NCBI GenBank assembly: GCA_965228735.1
Contig: OZ245838.1
Coordinates: 2,528,001 to 2,592,000, forward strand
From: Planctomycetota bacterium
GTDB taxonomy: Bacteria > Planctomycetota > UBA1135 > UBA2386
Direction: 5' to 3'
Length of the DNA stretch: 64,000 nucleotides
Each line of letters opens with the position of its first letter. Position 1 is the first letter of the stretch. Below, in pieces: positions 1 through 10,364 of this stretch. The position numbers and the translations under genes are program-made. The notes below the pieces were generated by a model. That model had not been told where the DNA came from and did no database searches. It saw only the letters and a program-made list of their open reading frames with translations.

Positions 1-2402
1 GGCATGCGCCCGACCTCCTCGCCATCGCGCAGGAACACGGCGCTCGCAGCCCCCTCGCCGAGCGACAGCACCTCGGTTCTGCCGTCGACGATCGTCGCGG
101 AGCTGTTCGTGTGTGACGACTGCCCGCGCATGATCCGCAACCGCATCGGCCGGCCGTCGGTGCCGAGCACTCGCACGCGATCGGCGCGATCGCGCGGCTC
201 GGCGAGTTCGATCTGCAGGTGCACCCGGCGGTCGACCTCGAGCACGAAGTCCGTCGGGTCACACCCGGGCTCGACCATGCGGCCCTTGAACTGGATCGGG
301 TCGCCGATCGCGAAGACCTCGACACCGGTTTGGGGCACGTTCTCGAAGCGGAAGCTGCCGTCCGGGCCGGTCGTCGTCGGCGACCTCGGGAACCACTCGT
401 CCCGCGTGCCGCCCGGAACGCGGACCTCGAGCGCCGGACGCTGCAGCGTCACGGACACCCCGGCGATCGCCGTGCCGTCGCGCGCGACGACGCGCCCGCG
501 CAGTTCCTCGTGGACGGCACCGTCGAGGGTCAACGTGCAGTCGGTCGTCCCGGCCGGCACTGCCGGCAGCGCGGCGGCAACGAGCGTCCGCGGGTCGAGC
601 GCGCGCACTTCGTACGCGCGATTGCCGAGGCCAGGGATCACGAATCGGCCACCGGTGTCGGTCGTGACGAACGCCCAGAACCCCGGCTCGCGGCGCGCGA
701 CCACCGACTCGGCGAGGAGCACGTCACCCTCCGAACCGATGACGAGCGGATCACCGATCCAGACGCGTGCACCTTCGACGGGTCGGCCGACACCGTCGAC
801 CACGCGACCTGCGATGGTGAGCGGCGCCGCGCCGAGGCGCATGACGATTCGTTCGGGCCAGGCCGTCTGACCGCCCGCGCCGACCGGCGGTTCGAACGTC
901 GCCGGCTGCATTCCCGGCGCGACCGCGACGATGCGACCGAGGTGCCGCCCGCCGTCGGCGGCGAGGTCGACCGTGAACTCGCCGCGGTCGTCGGTGCGCG
1001 ACACGGCGCGACCGGCGCTGACCCGCGCCCCCGCGACCGCGGCGCCGAACGCGTCGACGACGATGCCACCCACGAGGGTCGCACCGGGACCCGGTCGTTC
1101 GAGCTCGAGCTCGAGCAGACTCGTGCTCGCTCCCGGCAGCGGCACGATCGTCGGCAGGTAGCCGCCCAGTTCGGCGACGAGCGAGCCGCCGGCGACGGCC
1201 GGCACGTCGCGAAGCACGAAGCGCCCGTCGGCGTCACAACGCACCTGCCACACCTCGGTGATCGAGTAGTCGAGCGCCACGCCGAGGTCCGCGCCGAGAT
1301 GCGATGGCAAGTGGACCGCGACACCCGCGCCCGGCAGCGGGCTGCCGTCGGGGTCCGTGACGCGGCCCGCGAGCTCGAGGCTCGGTGCCACGACCACCGT
1401 GCTGACGTTGGCGGTCGCGACTCGCGCGGAGCCTGCGAGCACGGTCGCCCACCGTTGGTCGGTCGAGCGGATCCGATCCGTCGCCAACGTCGCGGGGAAC
1501 TCGAACGCGCCGCCGGCACCGCTCGCCGCGAGTCCCGAACTCAACGCGACGCCCTGGATCCCCGTGCCGTGAACGTCGATCACGCGGCCCCGCCGGTTCG
1601 GGTCCGTTGCTGCGCCACCGTCCGCCAGCGACGAGTCGGCGCTCACGGGCCCGATGGCGACGGCCGTCCGATCGTCGACGCGCGCCGCCGGGTCGGCCGG
1701 CCCGGCGGGGTCGACGTCGGCGCCGGAGTCGGACGTCGCGCCGACCGCCTCGACCGGCGCGGTGACTTCTTCGCCCTGGTAGAGGAACGCAGCGACCGCG
1801 ACGGCCGCGATCACGAGACACGATGTCAGCAGGATCTTCATGAGCGAAACGGCGAGCAACGACGACGTCGACCAGGTCGTGCCGACGAGGGGCGCCAGCG
1901 TCAGCGGCCACTCGTCACCGCAGGCGCGCCGCAGGGCCTCACGCAGCCGCGCGAGGCCGCGCTGCAGGCGGCTGTGGACGGTCGGGACGGGAACACCGAG
2001 CCGCGCGGCGATCTCGCGCGGCGGCAGGTGCTCGAAGAAGCGGAGCAGCACGGTCGTCCGATACGGCTCCGGCAACTCGCGGACCGTGCGGACGAGGCGC
2101 TCGTGCACTTCGGCCTTGGCGACGACGTCGACCGTCGCGGCTGCCGCCCCCGCGGGCCGCGCACGCAGGTAGGCAGCCCGCCGCGAACGCCGAGCCCGCA
2201 GGACGTCGAGCGCCCGATTGCGAACGATCGAACGCAGCCACGCACGTGCCGTCGAACCCGTTCGCGGCCCGTGCTGGCTCGCGACGTGCAGCGTTTCCTG
2301 CACGATGTCCGCGGCGTCCTCGGCGTCGTCGACGAGACGACGCGCGAGGTCGGTCAGCCAACGGGAGTCCCCGAGCAGCGGATCGAGATCGACGGTGGCC
2401 AC
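1..2402 (-). CDS. ECF sigma-70 factor fused to a TM segment and long extracytoplasmic extension (carboxypeptidase-regulatory-like repeats); 3' end outside window
   Basis: Manual translation from GTG 2402: LARRLVDDAEDAADIVQETL...AWLRSIVRNRALD (region 2), LPEPYRTTVLLRFFEHLPPREIAARLGVPVPTVHSRLQRGLARLR (region 4), then hydrophobic MKILLTSCLVIAAVAVAAFLY. Same frame at window edge; absent from ORF track because no stop is reached. Confidence 0.85.
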   Translation of the reverse strand, partial: MATVDLDPLLGDSRWLTDLARRLVDDAEDAADIVQETLHVASQHGPRTGSTARAWLRSIVRNRALDVLRARRSRRAAYLRARPAGAAAATVDVVAKAEVHERLVRTVRELPEPYRTTVLLRFFEHLPPREIAARLGVPVPTVHSRLQRGLARLREALRRACGDEWPLTLAPLVGTTWSTSSLLAVSLMKILLTSCLVIAAVAVAAFLYQGEEVTAPVEAVGATSDSGADVDPAGPADPAARVDDRTAVAIGPVSADSSLADGGAATDPNRRGRVIDVHGTGIQGVALSSGLAASGAGGAFEFPATLATDRIRSTDQRWATVLAGSARVATANVSTVVVAPSLELAGRVTDPDGSPLPGAGVAVHLPSHLGADLGVALDYSITEVWQVRCDADGRFVLRDVPAVAGGSLVAELGGYLPTIVPLPGASTSLLELELERPGPGATLVGGIVVDAFGAAVAGARVSAGRAVSRTDDRGEFTVDLAADGGRHLGRIVAVAPGMQPATFEPPVGAGGQTAWPERIVMRLGAAPLTIAGRVVDGVGRPVEGARVWIGDPLVIGSEGDVLLAESVVARREPGFWAFVTTDTGGRFVIPGLGNRAYEVRALDPRTLVAAALPAVPAGTTDCTLTLDGAVHEELRGRVVARDGTAIAGVSVTLQRPALEVRVPGGTRDEWFPRSPTTTGPDGSFRFENVPQTGVEVFAIGDPIQFKGRMVEPGCDPTDFVLEVDRRVHLQIELAEPRDRADRVRVLGTDGRPMRLRIMRGQSSHTNSSATIVDGRTEVLSLGEGAASAVFLRDGEEVGRM

Positions 2403-2517
2403 AACGCCGTTCCAGACGTATCCCGCGGCCGATCCGATGCAGCGAAGATCCGAAAAACGTCGCCCCGCTGCTCCGGCGAATCACCCGACCGCCCGCCCCT
2501 CGGGTCGCCGAACTCCG

Positions 2518-3009
2518 TCAGCGCGATTCGGTCACCGACCCGGCCGGTGCCAGCCGGTCGCCGCGCAGCACGAGATCGCGGCCGCCGAACCGGTCCTCCC
2601 CGTTCTCGTCGAGCAGTTCCACGTCCATCGTGCCTGCCGGGCCGTGCACCTTGACGTTGTGGTCGTCGATCCAGACGGACGTGTCGCCGATGACGAGCTC
2701 GACGAACTTCAACCCGATGCGCCCGCGATACCCCGACAGGCCGGTGAGGATGAAGCGCCGCGCCCGGTCGCTGTCGATGCGCGTGACGATCGTGTCCTGA
2801 CCGACGGTGTCCACGCGCATGCCGCTCATCGAGATGCGCGTGCCCACTCGCATCGTGAGCGTCAGCTCGTTGGGCCCGGTCGTCTCCTCCCCGACGAACA
2901 CGCCGTTCCCCTGGAACGGATTCGACTCGCACGCCGAGGCGAGCCCGAAGACCAACGTCGCCACCACCGCGCAAAGGCCCGCACCGCGGCCTCTCGATCT
3001 CGCTGTCAT
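2518..3009 (-). CDS. Hypothetical lipoprotein
   Basis: C-terminal part of ORF 2518..3855; ATG 3009 gives a signal peptide ending LASAC (lipobox-like). Confidence 0.65.
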   Translation of the reverse strand: MTARSRGRGAGLCAVVATLVFGLASACESNPFQGNGVFVGEETTGPNELTLTMRVGTRISMSGMRVDTVGQDTIVTRIDSDRARRFILTGLSGYRGRIGLKFVELVIGDTSVWIDDHNVKVHGPAGTMDVELLDENGEDRFGGRDLVLRGDRLAPAGSVTESR

Positions 3010-3086
3010 CCCGGCGAGGCTACGGGCGCACCGCGATCGATGCACGCGTCGGGAAACGTGCCCGGCGCGCAGCGGGACGCCGTTCT

Positions 3087-4796
3087 CTAGTAGTTCGCGA
3101 TCGCCGTCCCGATGGCCGGGCCGAGCATGATCGTGCCGGTCGACAGGTCGAACGCGACGGCCTGCGCCGCGAACGGCAGGCCGAGCCAGACGCCGTTGTT
3201 GGGGATCGCCAGGCCGTAGGGATAGCGCAGGCACGGGTCCGCGGCGACGACGACGCCGAGGCTCGGTGACGTGGCTGGGATGAAACCCTCGCAGTTCGGC
3301 GCGAACGGCGGCGACGGCTGCAGCACCGGCGGCCCGAGCGGGCCGATGGTCGCGACGATCGCGCCCAGGCCGCCGGCCGGCAGGTCGCGGATCTCGAGGT
3401 CGAAGCGGCCGCCGAGCGTCGGGTTGCGCGTCGCGACGAGACCGACGTTGCGGCCGCCGGGCGCGAACGGACCGACGCCCCCGCTCAGATCCGCGGAGAC
3501 GAGGCCGGCCCCGCTCGTGCCGTTGTGGAAGCCGACGATGCTCTCGTCGAACGGCGAGCTCGCATCGTACCGACACACCATCTGGGTCGGCTTGATGACG
3601 ACCTGCAACGTCACCGGCGTCGACGTACCCCAGAGGAAGACCCGGTCGAACGTGATGACGGCATCCGTGCCCAGCGAGACGTCGGCATGGATCGTCCCGC
3701 CGCCGCCGCCGCCGACCGGTCGGAGATCGCGCCAGAACGCGCAGAGCCGCGCGCGGTTCGTCGCGAGTTCGCCGAGCGTCGGCGAGTAGTCGCTCTCGCC
3801 GATGTCCCCGAGCCAGATGCAGCCGTTCGAGTCGACCGCGATGGCGTCGACGCATGGCAGGCCGAACGCCCCGAGATCGAACCCGAGGGGGATCAACGCG
3901 GACACGTCGTCGTCCTGCAGGCCGAGCGGCCCGGTGAGGGGCGGGACGATCGCGGTGCCGCCCGGCACGGTCGCGACGCTCACGCTACCGCTGCCGCTGT
4001 TGCCGCTGATGACGAGGTCGCTCGTGATCGACAACGCGGGGTCCGAGAAGTCCCACGCGTTGGTCATGTCGAACTCCTCGGCCGCCGACACCGCCACGCC
4101 GCCGCAGCCCGAGCCCGCGACCACGTGCGACGACTCGATGCAGACCTGCCCCCCCGGCGACGGCGTGACGGGCGTGGTCGCGATGTCGTAGTCGAACACG
4201 AGGTTCGCGACCCGCGGGCCGAAGAGCTGGCCGGAGTACGCGGTGCTCGCCGCGACCCCGGCGGTGAACGTGAACCCCGGCGCGCTGCCGGTCTGGTTGG
4301 CCCCGACGCCGTTGGTGTAGTCGTGATCGAAGTTGCCGCCGCCGATCGCGAGCAGGTGCTGCCCCATCGGCAGGTCGATCGAACCCGTGCCGTTCAAGAC
4401 CAGAAGCGGCGACGGCAACAGCGGTCCGCGCCCGGCACCGGAGAGGCACGCGACCGTGCGCCAGTCCGCGCCCGTGTTGTTCGTCCCGGAGAGTTGTGAC
4501 CAGTCGCCGATGGACTGATGCACTTCGACGCGGCAACCGATCTGGTTCGCCACGGTCGACGTGTGGACCGCGATCCCGCAGATGCGCACGCCGTTCGGCG
4601 CGGTCACGTCGAGCGACACGTAGACGAAGCCACCCACGTCACCGCCATTGTCGGCGACGAAGTTCGGCGGCGTGACGTATTGCGCGGCGCCACACTGGGC
4701 GACCGCGCTCGCGCCCAAGGTGGCGATCAGGGTGGTGATCAGGGCGGCGGCCAGAGCGGCGGCCGGAGCGGGGGACGAGAACGGGCGGGCAGGCAT
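3087..4796 (-). CDS. Secreted beta-rich hypothetical protein with possible nidogen-like segment
   Basis: Signal peptide AAALAAALITTLIATLGASAVAQ; Gly/Asn/Thr-rich body; IPLGFD...DSNGCIW...AFWRDL segment. Confidence 0.75.
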   Translation of the reverse strand: MPARPFSSPAPAAALAAALITTLIATLGASAVAQCGAAQYVTPPNFVADNGGDVGGFVYVSLDVTAPNGVRICGIAVHTSTVANQIGCRVEVHQSIGDWSQLSGTNNTGADWRTVACLSGAGRGPLLPSPLLVLNGTGSIDLPMGQHLLAIGGGNFDHDYTNGVGANQTGSAPGFTFTAGVAASTAYSGQLFGPRVANLVFDYDIATTPVTPSPGGQVCIESSHVVAGSGCGGVAVSAAEEFDMTNAWDFSDPALSITSDLVISGNSGSGSVSVATVPGGTAIVPPLTGPLGLQDDDVSALIPLGFDLGAFGLPCVDAIAVDSNGCIWLGDIGESDYSPTLGELATNRARLCAFWRDLRPVGGGGGGTIHADVSLGTDAVITFDRVFLWGTSTPVTLQVVIKPTQMVCRYDASSPFDESIVGFHNGTSGAGLVSADLSGGVGPFAPGGRNVGLVATRNPTLGGRFDLEIRDLPAGGLGAIVATIGPLGPPVLQPSPPFAPNCEGFIPATSPSLGVVVAADPCLRYPYGLAIPNNGVWLGLPFAAQAVAFDLSTGTIMLGPAIGTAIANY

Positions 4797-5035
4797 GGCG
4801 GAGTCGGGGGGAGGAAGTGTAGCGCGGTCGCGGCCGCGCTGTCGCGGCGCTCGATCCCCGGATGCCGTGCCGTCTCGCCGCGCGCCCGGGCCGTCTTCCG
4901 GAGTTCCTGTCGCCGCGACGGTTGCCGCCATGGCACCGCCGGATCACGGGCCCCGATCGCCGGCGGTTCGACTCCGAATCGTCGGTCGACCGTCACCGAC
5001 TCGCGGCCGGACGCGCGCTATGTTCGGGGCCGACG

Positions 5036-5554
5036 ATGCTCGAAGACCCGACCAGGTTCCCCTTCGTTGCGGAGCTCGAGGCGCTCTACCCGGTGATCCG
5101 GGCCGAGGTCGAGCAGCTCCCGAGCGCAGCGTGGCTGCCGTGGACGGCCGGCAATGCCCAGGGCGTGCGGGTGTTTCCGCTGCTGATGACGTATCGGCCA
5201 CCGTGGATCGACGACGACTTCGAACGCCGGCGTTCGTTGTGCCCGCAGACGTGGGACTGGATCCGCCAGCAGCCGTCGATGTTCGCGGCCGTCGTGTCGG
5301 CGCTCGAGCCGGGGGGCCGCATCCTGCCACACCGCGACCTGGAGGAACCCGAGTCCGTGCGCTGTCACCTCGGCCTGTCGATGCCGACTGCCGGCGCCGC
5401 GACGTTTCGGGTCGGTGATGCGACGTTCGAGTGGCGCGCCGGTCGCTGCGTCGTGTTTCACGCGTGTCACGAACACGAGGGGCAGAACGACGGCGACGGG
5501 CCGCGGATCATCCTCGTCGTCGACGTTCGGCCAACGGACCCTCAGGCGAGGTAG
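5036..5554 (+). CDS. Aspartyl/asparaginyl beta-hydroxylase-domain protein (Fe/2OG oxygenase)
   Basis: LEPGGRILPHRD, RCHLGL, WRAGRCVVF, HEHEGQNDGDGPRIILVVD motifs. Confidence 0.85.
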   Translation: MLEDPTRFPFVAELEALYPVIRAEVEQLPSAAWLPWTAGNAQGVRVFPLLMTYRPPWIDDDFERRRSLCPQTWDWIRQQPSMFAAVVSALEPGGRILPHRDLEEPESVRCHLGLSMPTAGAATFRVGDATFEWRAGRCVVFHACHEHEGQNDGDGPRIILVVDVRPTDPQAR

Positions 5555-6987
5555 GTGCGCGGCAATCCGACCGTCGCCGTCTGCCGGAACACCGACCGAT
5601 CGAACGGCCAGCGCAGAAAACCGCTGCGGCTCCGCCAACGCGCGATGGTCGCGAGCGCCCGTCGCCGCCGCCCACCCCCCCCGCCACAGAGCGCGTCGTC
5701 GTAGGCCAGCGGCAGCACGTATTCGACGAGGAATCGCACGCGCCGTTCTGCGGACCGCGAGAGCCACGGCAACCGCCGGTCGTCGTCCTCGCGATAGGCC
5801 CGCAGCTCCGCGAGATCGTGCGGCAGCGCGGGCAGCAGCGCGAGTGCCCGCTCCCCCATCGTCGTCGACGGAATCGCCTGGTAGATGCGGAAGTTGAACC
5901 GCATCGGCACTCTGCTGCGATGGAGGCGACCGATCAGCCGTTCGGTCGCGCGCTGGTCGGCGCGGGTCTCACCGGGCCAGCCGAACACGAAGTTGTAGAC
6001 CGGGGTGATGCCGTTCTGGACGAGGCGCGCATGCGCCGTCAGCGAGTCCGCCGTCGTGAACTTCTTGCCGAGCCGGCGCAGCGCCGCATCGCTGCCGGCT
6101 TCGAGGCCGAGCTCGAGCGTCACGCACCCGCTCGCCGCGAGCAGCGCGAGTTCGTCGTCGGTCAACTGCAGGAGATCACCGACGGAGCCGAGTGCGAACC
6201 AGCGGACGACGAGCCCACGATCCACGAGGCCGCGCGCCACGTCGACGGCCCGGCGGCGGCTGGCCAGGAAGTCGAGGTCTCCGAACAGGAACTGGGACAC
6301 GCCGTAGCGTTCCTGCATGGCGGCGACGAGGTCGACGACCCCGCTCGCCGGCAGCACCCGCCACGGGCTGCGCTCGTAGAAGCAGAACGAACAGCGTTTG
6401 CCGCAGCCCGCCGCCGTCGGGAGCTGCAAGGACGGCTCGTCGTTCCCGAACAGCATCGCCTCGGGCCGCAGGAACGGGCGCAGGTCGAGCTGCCACATCG
6501 CGTCGACGTCGAACGGCGCCCGGTCGCGCTGGTCGCCGGCGCTGCCCGTGAGGTGGGCGCTCAGCGCATCGACCTCCTGCCCGGCGATGATCGCATCCGT
6601 CAGCGGCGCGAGCTCGAGTCGCGGCGGTGGCAACAGCGCGAAGAACCCGCCACCCGCGATCCGCTGGATGCTCGGGTCGGTCGCGCGCGTGAACTCGAGG
6701 AACGCCAGCAGCCCCGGCACCTGGATGCCCGGGTTGAGCTCGGCGCACCACGCGACCGCGGCCGCGCAGCCCAGCAAGCGGTCGCGCAGTTCGTCGCCGA
6801 CGACCCCGTCGTGGACCTCGGTGAAGAGGTCGACCGCGTATCCGTTCGCCGTCAGCGAAGACAGCACGGGGATGACGCGGTAGGGCAAGCCGGACGGTGA
6901 CGAGGCCTCGAGCCAGCGCGGCACGAAGACGACGACGCGACCGCGCGGGCGATTGCGGGCGGGCAGCCGTTGCATGGCGGCTGGCAC
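5542..6987 (-). CDS. B12-binding-type radical SAM protein
   Basis: GCGKRCSFC (CxxxCxxC), GLEAGSD, FVFGWPGET; N-terminal Rossmann-like domain with IAGG. Start may be 6975. Confidence 0.85.
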   Translation of the reverse strand: MPAAMQRLPARNRPRGRVVVFVPRWLEASSPSGLPYRVIPVLSSLTANGYAVDLFTEVHDGVVGDELRDRLLGCAAAVAWCAELNPGIQVPGLLAFLEFTRATDPSIQRIAGGGFFALLPPPRLELAPLTDAIIAGQEVDALSAHLTGSAGDQRDRAPFDVDAMWQLDLRPFLRPEAMLFGNDEPSLQLPTAAGCGKRCSFCFYERSPWRVLPASGVVDLVAAMQERYGVSQFLFGDLDFLASRRRAVDVARGLVDRGLVVRWFALGSVGDLLQLTDDELALLAASGCVTLELGLEAGSDAALRRLGKKFTTADSLTAHARLVQNGITPVYNFVFGWPGETRADQRATERLIGRLHRSRVPMRFNFRIYQAIPSTTMGERALALLPALPHDLAELRAYREDDDRRLPWLSRSAERRVRFLVEYVLPLAYDDALCGGGGGRRRRALATIARWRSRSGFLRWPFDRSVFRQTATVGLPRTYLA

Positions 6988-7017
6988 CGTAGCAAGCCGC
7001 GTGCCACGGGTGGACCG

Positions 7018-8775
7018 TCAGCGGTCGCTGATGCGCCGAGTGGTCGCGAAGTAGGCGCCGTGCACCTTGCCATCCGGACGATGCAGCTCCGTCCGCAGCA
7101 TCGCCGGGCCCGCCGGCAGGTCGAGCTCGAATTTCGCGTGGGTCGCATCTGCGCCGACCTCCGCGGCAGCCTCGCGATCCCCGATCGCGACGCGGGCGCG
7201 CACGCAACCCATCGCCCGTTCGAGGTGCGGCGGCCAGCGATACAACGTGATCTCGTAGCGCCCTGCCACGCGCACGTCGACGGCCCACGGGCCGTTGCCG
7301 ACGAAGCCTTTCCGCACGTGATTCTGGTGCCACGGCGTGCCCTTGTCGTTCGTGTGCCAGTCGTGCGACATCAGCAGCGGGCGCTCCTCCGCGCCGCCGA
7401 GATGAATGCGCACGTAGTCGTCGAACACGGGCTCGAGTGATTCCCACCAGCGCAGGTAGGCGTTGCGCAGCCGCGCCACGACGGCCGGATGCAGCGCCGC
7501 GAGGTCGAGCTGCTGCCCGGGATCCGCGACGATGTCGTAGAGCTCCTCGCCGTTGACGAGCCGGAAGCGGTCGGTCATCACCGCGCACTTGCGCCACTGC
7601 CGCGGCTGCTCGACGCGTTGCGAATGAACGAGCAACGTCCGGTTCTTCGGCGCGGGGCCGCGATCGCGGAGCGCCGCAGCGAACGACGCGCCGTCGAGCT
7701 CGAGACCCGCCGGCACCGGCACGTCACAGAGCTCGGCGAGCGTCGGCAGCACGTCGATGTGCGCCGCGAGCTCGTCGATGTCACGCCCGCCCGCAGCGCC
7801 ACCCGTGACTCCACCTGCGGGCCAGTGCACGAACATCGGGACGCGATGCCCGCCGTCGTACTCCGACCCCTTCTTGCCGCGCATCCCCGCGTTGAACCCG
7901 CGCCAGCTGCCGCGATCGCGCTGGCGCACGACGTGACCCGCCGCAGTGCCATTGTCCGTCGTGAACACGAAGATCGTGTTCTCCGCGAGGCCCTGCTCCT
8001 GCAGCCACGCGCGCAGCCGCCCGACGTTCTCGTCGATGTTGGTGATCATCCCGTAGAACTTCGCCATCGTCGCGTGCACGCCGGCCTCGACGTACGGCTC
8101 GGAATACTTCGCATCGACGAGATACGGCCCGTGCGGCGCGTTCGTCGCCAGGTAGACGAAGAACGGTCGCGCGTCCTCGCGCGCGATGAACTCCGTCGCC
8201 TGCTCGAACCACACGTCGGTGCAGTAGCCCTGAAACGCCCGCCACTCGCCGTCGACCTCGTAGTGGTCGTCGAAGTAGTCGTTGTCCCAGTAGTCCGGCC
8301 CCTGGCCCACGCCGCCGCCATGGTGCCAGACGACGCGCTCGAAGCCCTGGTCCTGCGGCCGGCACGGCGCGTTGTCGCCGAGGTGCCACTTGCCGAACAT
8401 CCCGGTGCGATAGCCGGCGTCGCGAAACACCTCGGCGATGGTCGTCTCCTCCGCGCTCATCAGCGACCGCCCCATGATCGTGTGCCAGACGCCGGTGCGC
8501 GTCGAATACCGCCCGCTCATCAGCGCGCTGCGCGTCGGCGAGCACGTCGGGTCGACGTGGTAGTCCGTGAGCCGCACGGACTCGCGCGCGAGCTGATCGA
8601 GATTGGGCGTCCGGATCATCGTGTTGCCGTGCACGCCGAGGTCGCCGTAGCCCTGATCGTCGGTGATCACGAGCACGACGTTGGGGCGCCGAGACTCCTG
8701 CGCCGGCAGCGCAGCTGCCGCCGTGGTGGCGAGAACGAGACCGAGAACTGCAGCGGAGTGAGATCGGAGGTTCAT
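7018..8775 (-). CDS. Arylsulfatase (formylglycine-dependent), secreted
   Basis: Signal peptide, RPNVVLVITDDQGYGD, CSPTRSALMSGR, GKWHLG. True start ATG 8775; the ORF-track extension is antisense to the neighbouring gene. Confidence 0.95.
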   Translation of the reverse strand: MNLRSHSAAVLGLVLATTAAAALPAQESRRPNVVLVITDDQGYGDLGVHGNTMIRTPNLDQLARESVRLTDYHVDPTCSPTRSALMSGRYSTRTGVWHTIMGRSLMSAEETTIAEVFRDAGYRTGMFGKWHLGDNAPCRPQDQGFERVVWHHGGGVGQGPDYWDNDYFDDHYEVDGEWRAFQGYCTDVWFEQATEFIAREDARPFFVYLATNAPHGPYLVDAKYSEPYVEAGVHATMAKFYGMITNIDENVGRLRAWLQEQGLAENTIFVFTTDNGTAAGHVVRQRDRGSWRGFNAGMRGKKGSEYDGGHRVPMFVHWPAGGVTGGAAGGRDIDELAAHIDVLPTLAELCDVPVPAGLELDGASFAAALRDRGPAPKNRTLLVHSQRVEQPRQWRKCAVMTDRFRLVNGEELYDIVADPGQQLDLAALHPAVVARLRNAYLRWWESLEPVFDDYVRIHLGGAEERPLLMSHDWHTNDKGTPWHQNHVRKGFVGNGPWAVDVRVAGRYEITLYRWPPHLERAMGCVRARVAIGDREAAAEVGADATHAKFELDLPAGPAMLRTELHRPDGKVHGAYFATTRRISDR

Positions 8776-8829
8776 GTTCGGCGAGGTTGATGCGACCATT
8801 CGTCGTGAGTCTGCCCGACCGAGCCGCCC

Positions 8830-10314
8830 ATGCCCACCCGAACGTCGCTCTCGTTCCTCCTCCTCGGCCTGTTGCCGCTGGCCCCGCTCGCCGCCCAGGA
8901 TCGGCAACGGCCCAACGTGCTCTTCATCCTGGTCGACGACCAGTCGCCGTTCGACCTGTCGATCTACGACAGCGCGTCGCCGTGTCGCACGCCCGTGCTC
9001 GATGAGATCGCGGCGGCCGGCACCGTGCTCGACGCGGCGTATCACATGGGGTCGTGGTCGGGCGCCGTGTGCACGCCATCCAGGCACATGATCATGAGCG
9101 GGCGCACCGTGTGGCACCTGCCGCGCCGCGGCATCCGCGGCGAGCAGCAGAATCCGAACTGCCCCACCGATCTCGCCGAGCACACGCTCGGGGCCGTCTT
9201 CCGGCGCGCGGGCTACGACACGATGCGCACGTGCAAGAAGGGTAACAGCTACAAGGCGGCGAACGCGCAGTTCGAGGTCGTGCACGACAAGACGTGCCGG
9301 CAGGCTGACCCCGAACGCGGCTCGCCGTGGCACGCCGATCGCGTGCTCGACTTCCTGACGGCGCGCGAGGAGCGCGGCGACGACGACCCGTTCCTGATCT
9401 ACTTCGGGTTCTCGCACCCGCACGACCCGCGGCACGCGCCCGACGAACTGCTCGGCAACTACGGCGCGAGCAACGAAGGCCCTGCCGGCGAACCGCCGGA
9501 CGACGCGCCGCCGCTGCCTGTCAACTACCTGCCCGCCCACCCGTTCCATCACGGCCACCCGCGGCTGCGCGACGAGGTCAACGTGCAGGGCGTCAAACGC
9601 CGCCGTGACGCGGCGACGATCCGGAACGAGCTCGGCCGTCAGTTCGCGTGCAACGAGAGCATCGACCAGCAGATCGGCCGCGTGCTCGATCGGCTGCGGC
9701 AGAGCGGCGAGCTCGACAACACGATCGTGATCTACACCGCCGATCACGGCATGGCGATCGGGCGCCACGGCCTGCAGGGCAAGCAGAACCTCTACGAGCA
9801 CACCTGGCGCGTGCCGTTCATCGCCATGGGGCCCGGTATCCCGCGGGGGCGTCGCGCTGCCGGCAACGTCTACCTGCTCGACGTGCTGCCGACGCTCTGC
9901 GACTTCGCCGGTATCGAGCCGCCGGCGACCGTCGAGGGCAAGAGCATGCGCGCGGTTCTCGAGGGCAAGGCGGAAACGATCCGCGACGTGCTCTACGGCG
10001 TGTACGCGGGCGGGACCAAGCCGGGCATGCGCTGCGTCAGGAAGGGCAACTGGAAGCTCATCCAGTACGACGCGCTCGACGGCTTCGTGCGGGAGACCCA
10101 GCTGTTCGACCTCTCGGCCAACCCGAACGAACTGCTCCGCGAGCACCACGTCGACGTGGTCGAGTTCCTGACCAAGAACGACCCGCAGCGCGCGCAGGTC
10201 AACCTCGCCGACGATCCCCGCTTCGCGGTCCAACGCCGCGAGATGGAGGCGCTGCTGCTCGCCGAGATGCAGCGCCTCGATGATCCGTACCGGCTGTGGA
10301 CGCAGGAGCGGTAG
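8830..10314 (+). CDS. Sulfatase (choline-sulfatase-like), secreted
   Basis: Signal peptide, RPNVLFILVDDQ, CTPSRHMIMSGR, TADHG, GKQNLYE. Confidence 0.93.
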   Translation: MPTRTSLSFLLLGLLPLAPLAAQDRQRPNVLFILVDDQSPFDLSIYDSASPCRTPVLDEIAAAGTVLDAAYHMGSWSGAVCTPSRHMIMSGRTVWHLPRRGIRGEQQNPNCPTDLAEHTLGAVFRRAGYDTMRTCKKGNSYKAANAQFEVVHDKTCRQADPERGSPWHADRVLDFLTAREERGDDDPFLIYFGFSHPHDPRHAPDELLGNYGASNEGPAGEPPDDAPPLPVNYLPAHPFHHGHPRLRDEVNVQGVKRRRDAATIRNELGRQFACNESIDQQIGRVLDRLRQSGELDNTIVIYTADHGMAIGRHGLQGKQNLYEHTWRVPFIAMGPGIPRGRRAAGNVYLLDVLPTLCDFAGIEPPATVEGKSMRAVLEGKAETIRDVLYGVYAGGTKPGMRCVRKGNWKLIQYDALDGFVRETQLFDLSANPNELLREHHVDVVEFLTKNDPQRAQVNLADDPRFAVQRREMEALLLAEMQRLDDPYRLWTQER

Positions 10315-10364
10315 CGCCATCGACCCTGGCGTTAGCGTCCGGACCGACCCATAGTCAGGGGCCC

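Noticed and set aside
8776..10320. N-terminal half of the 1100-aa sulfatase ORF as a fusion
   Set aside because: It is the antisense of the 8830..10314 sulfatase; the signal peptide begins at 8775.
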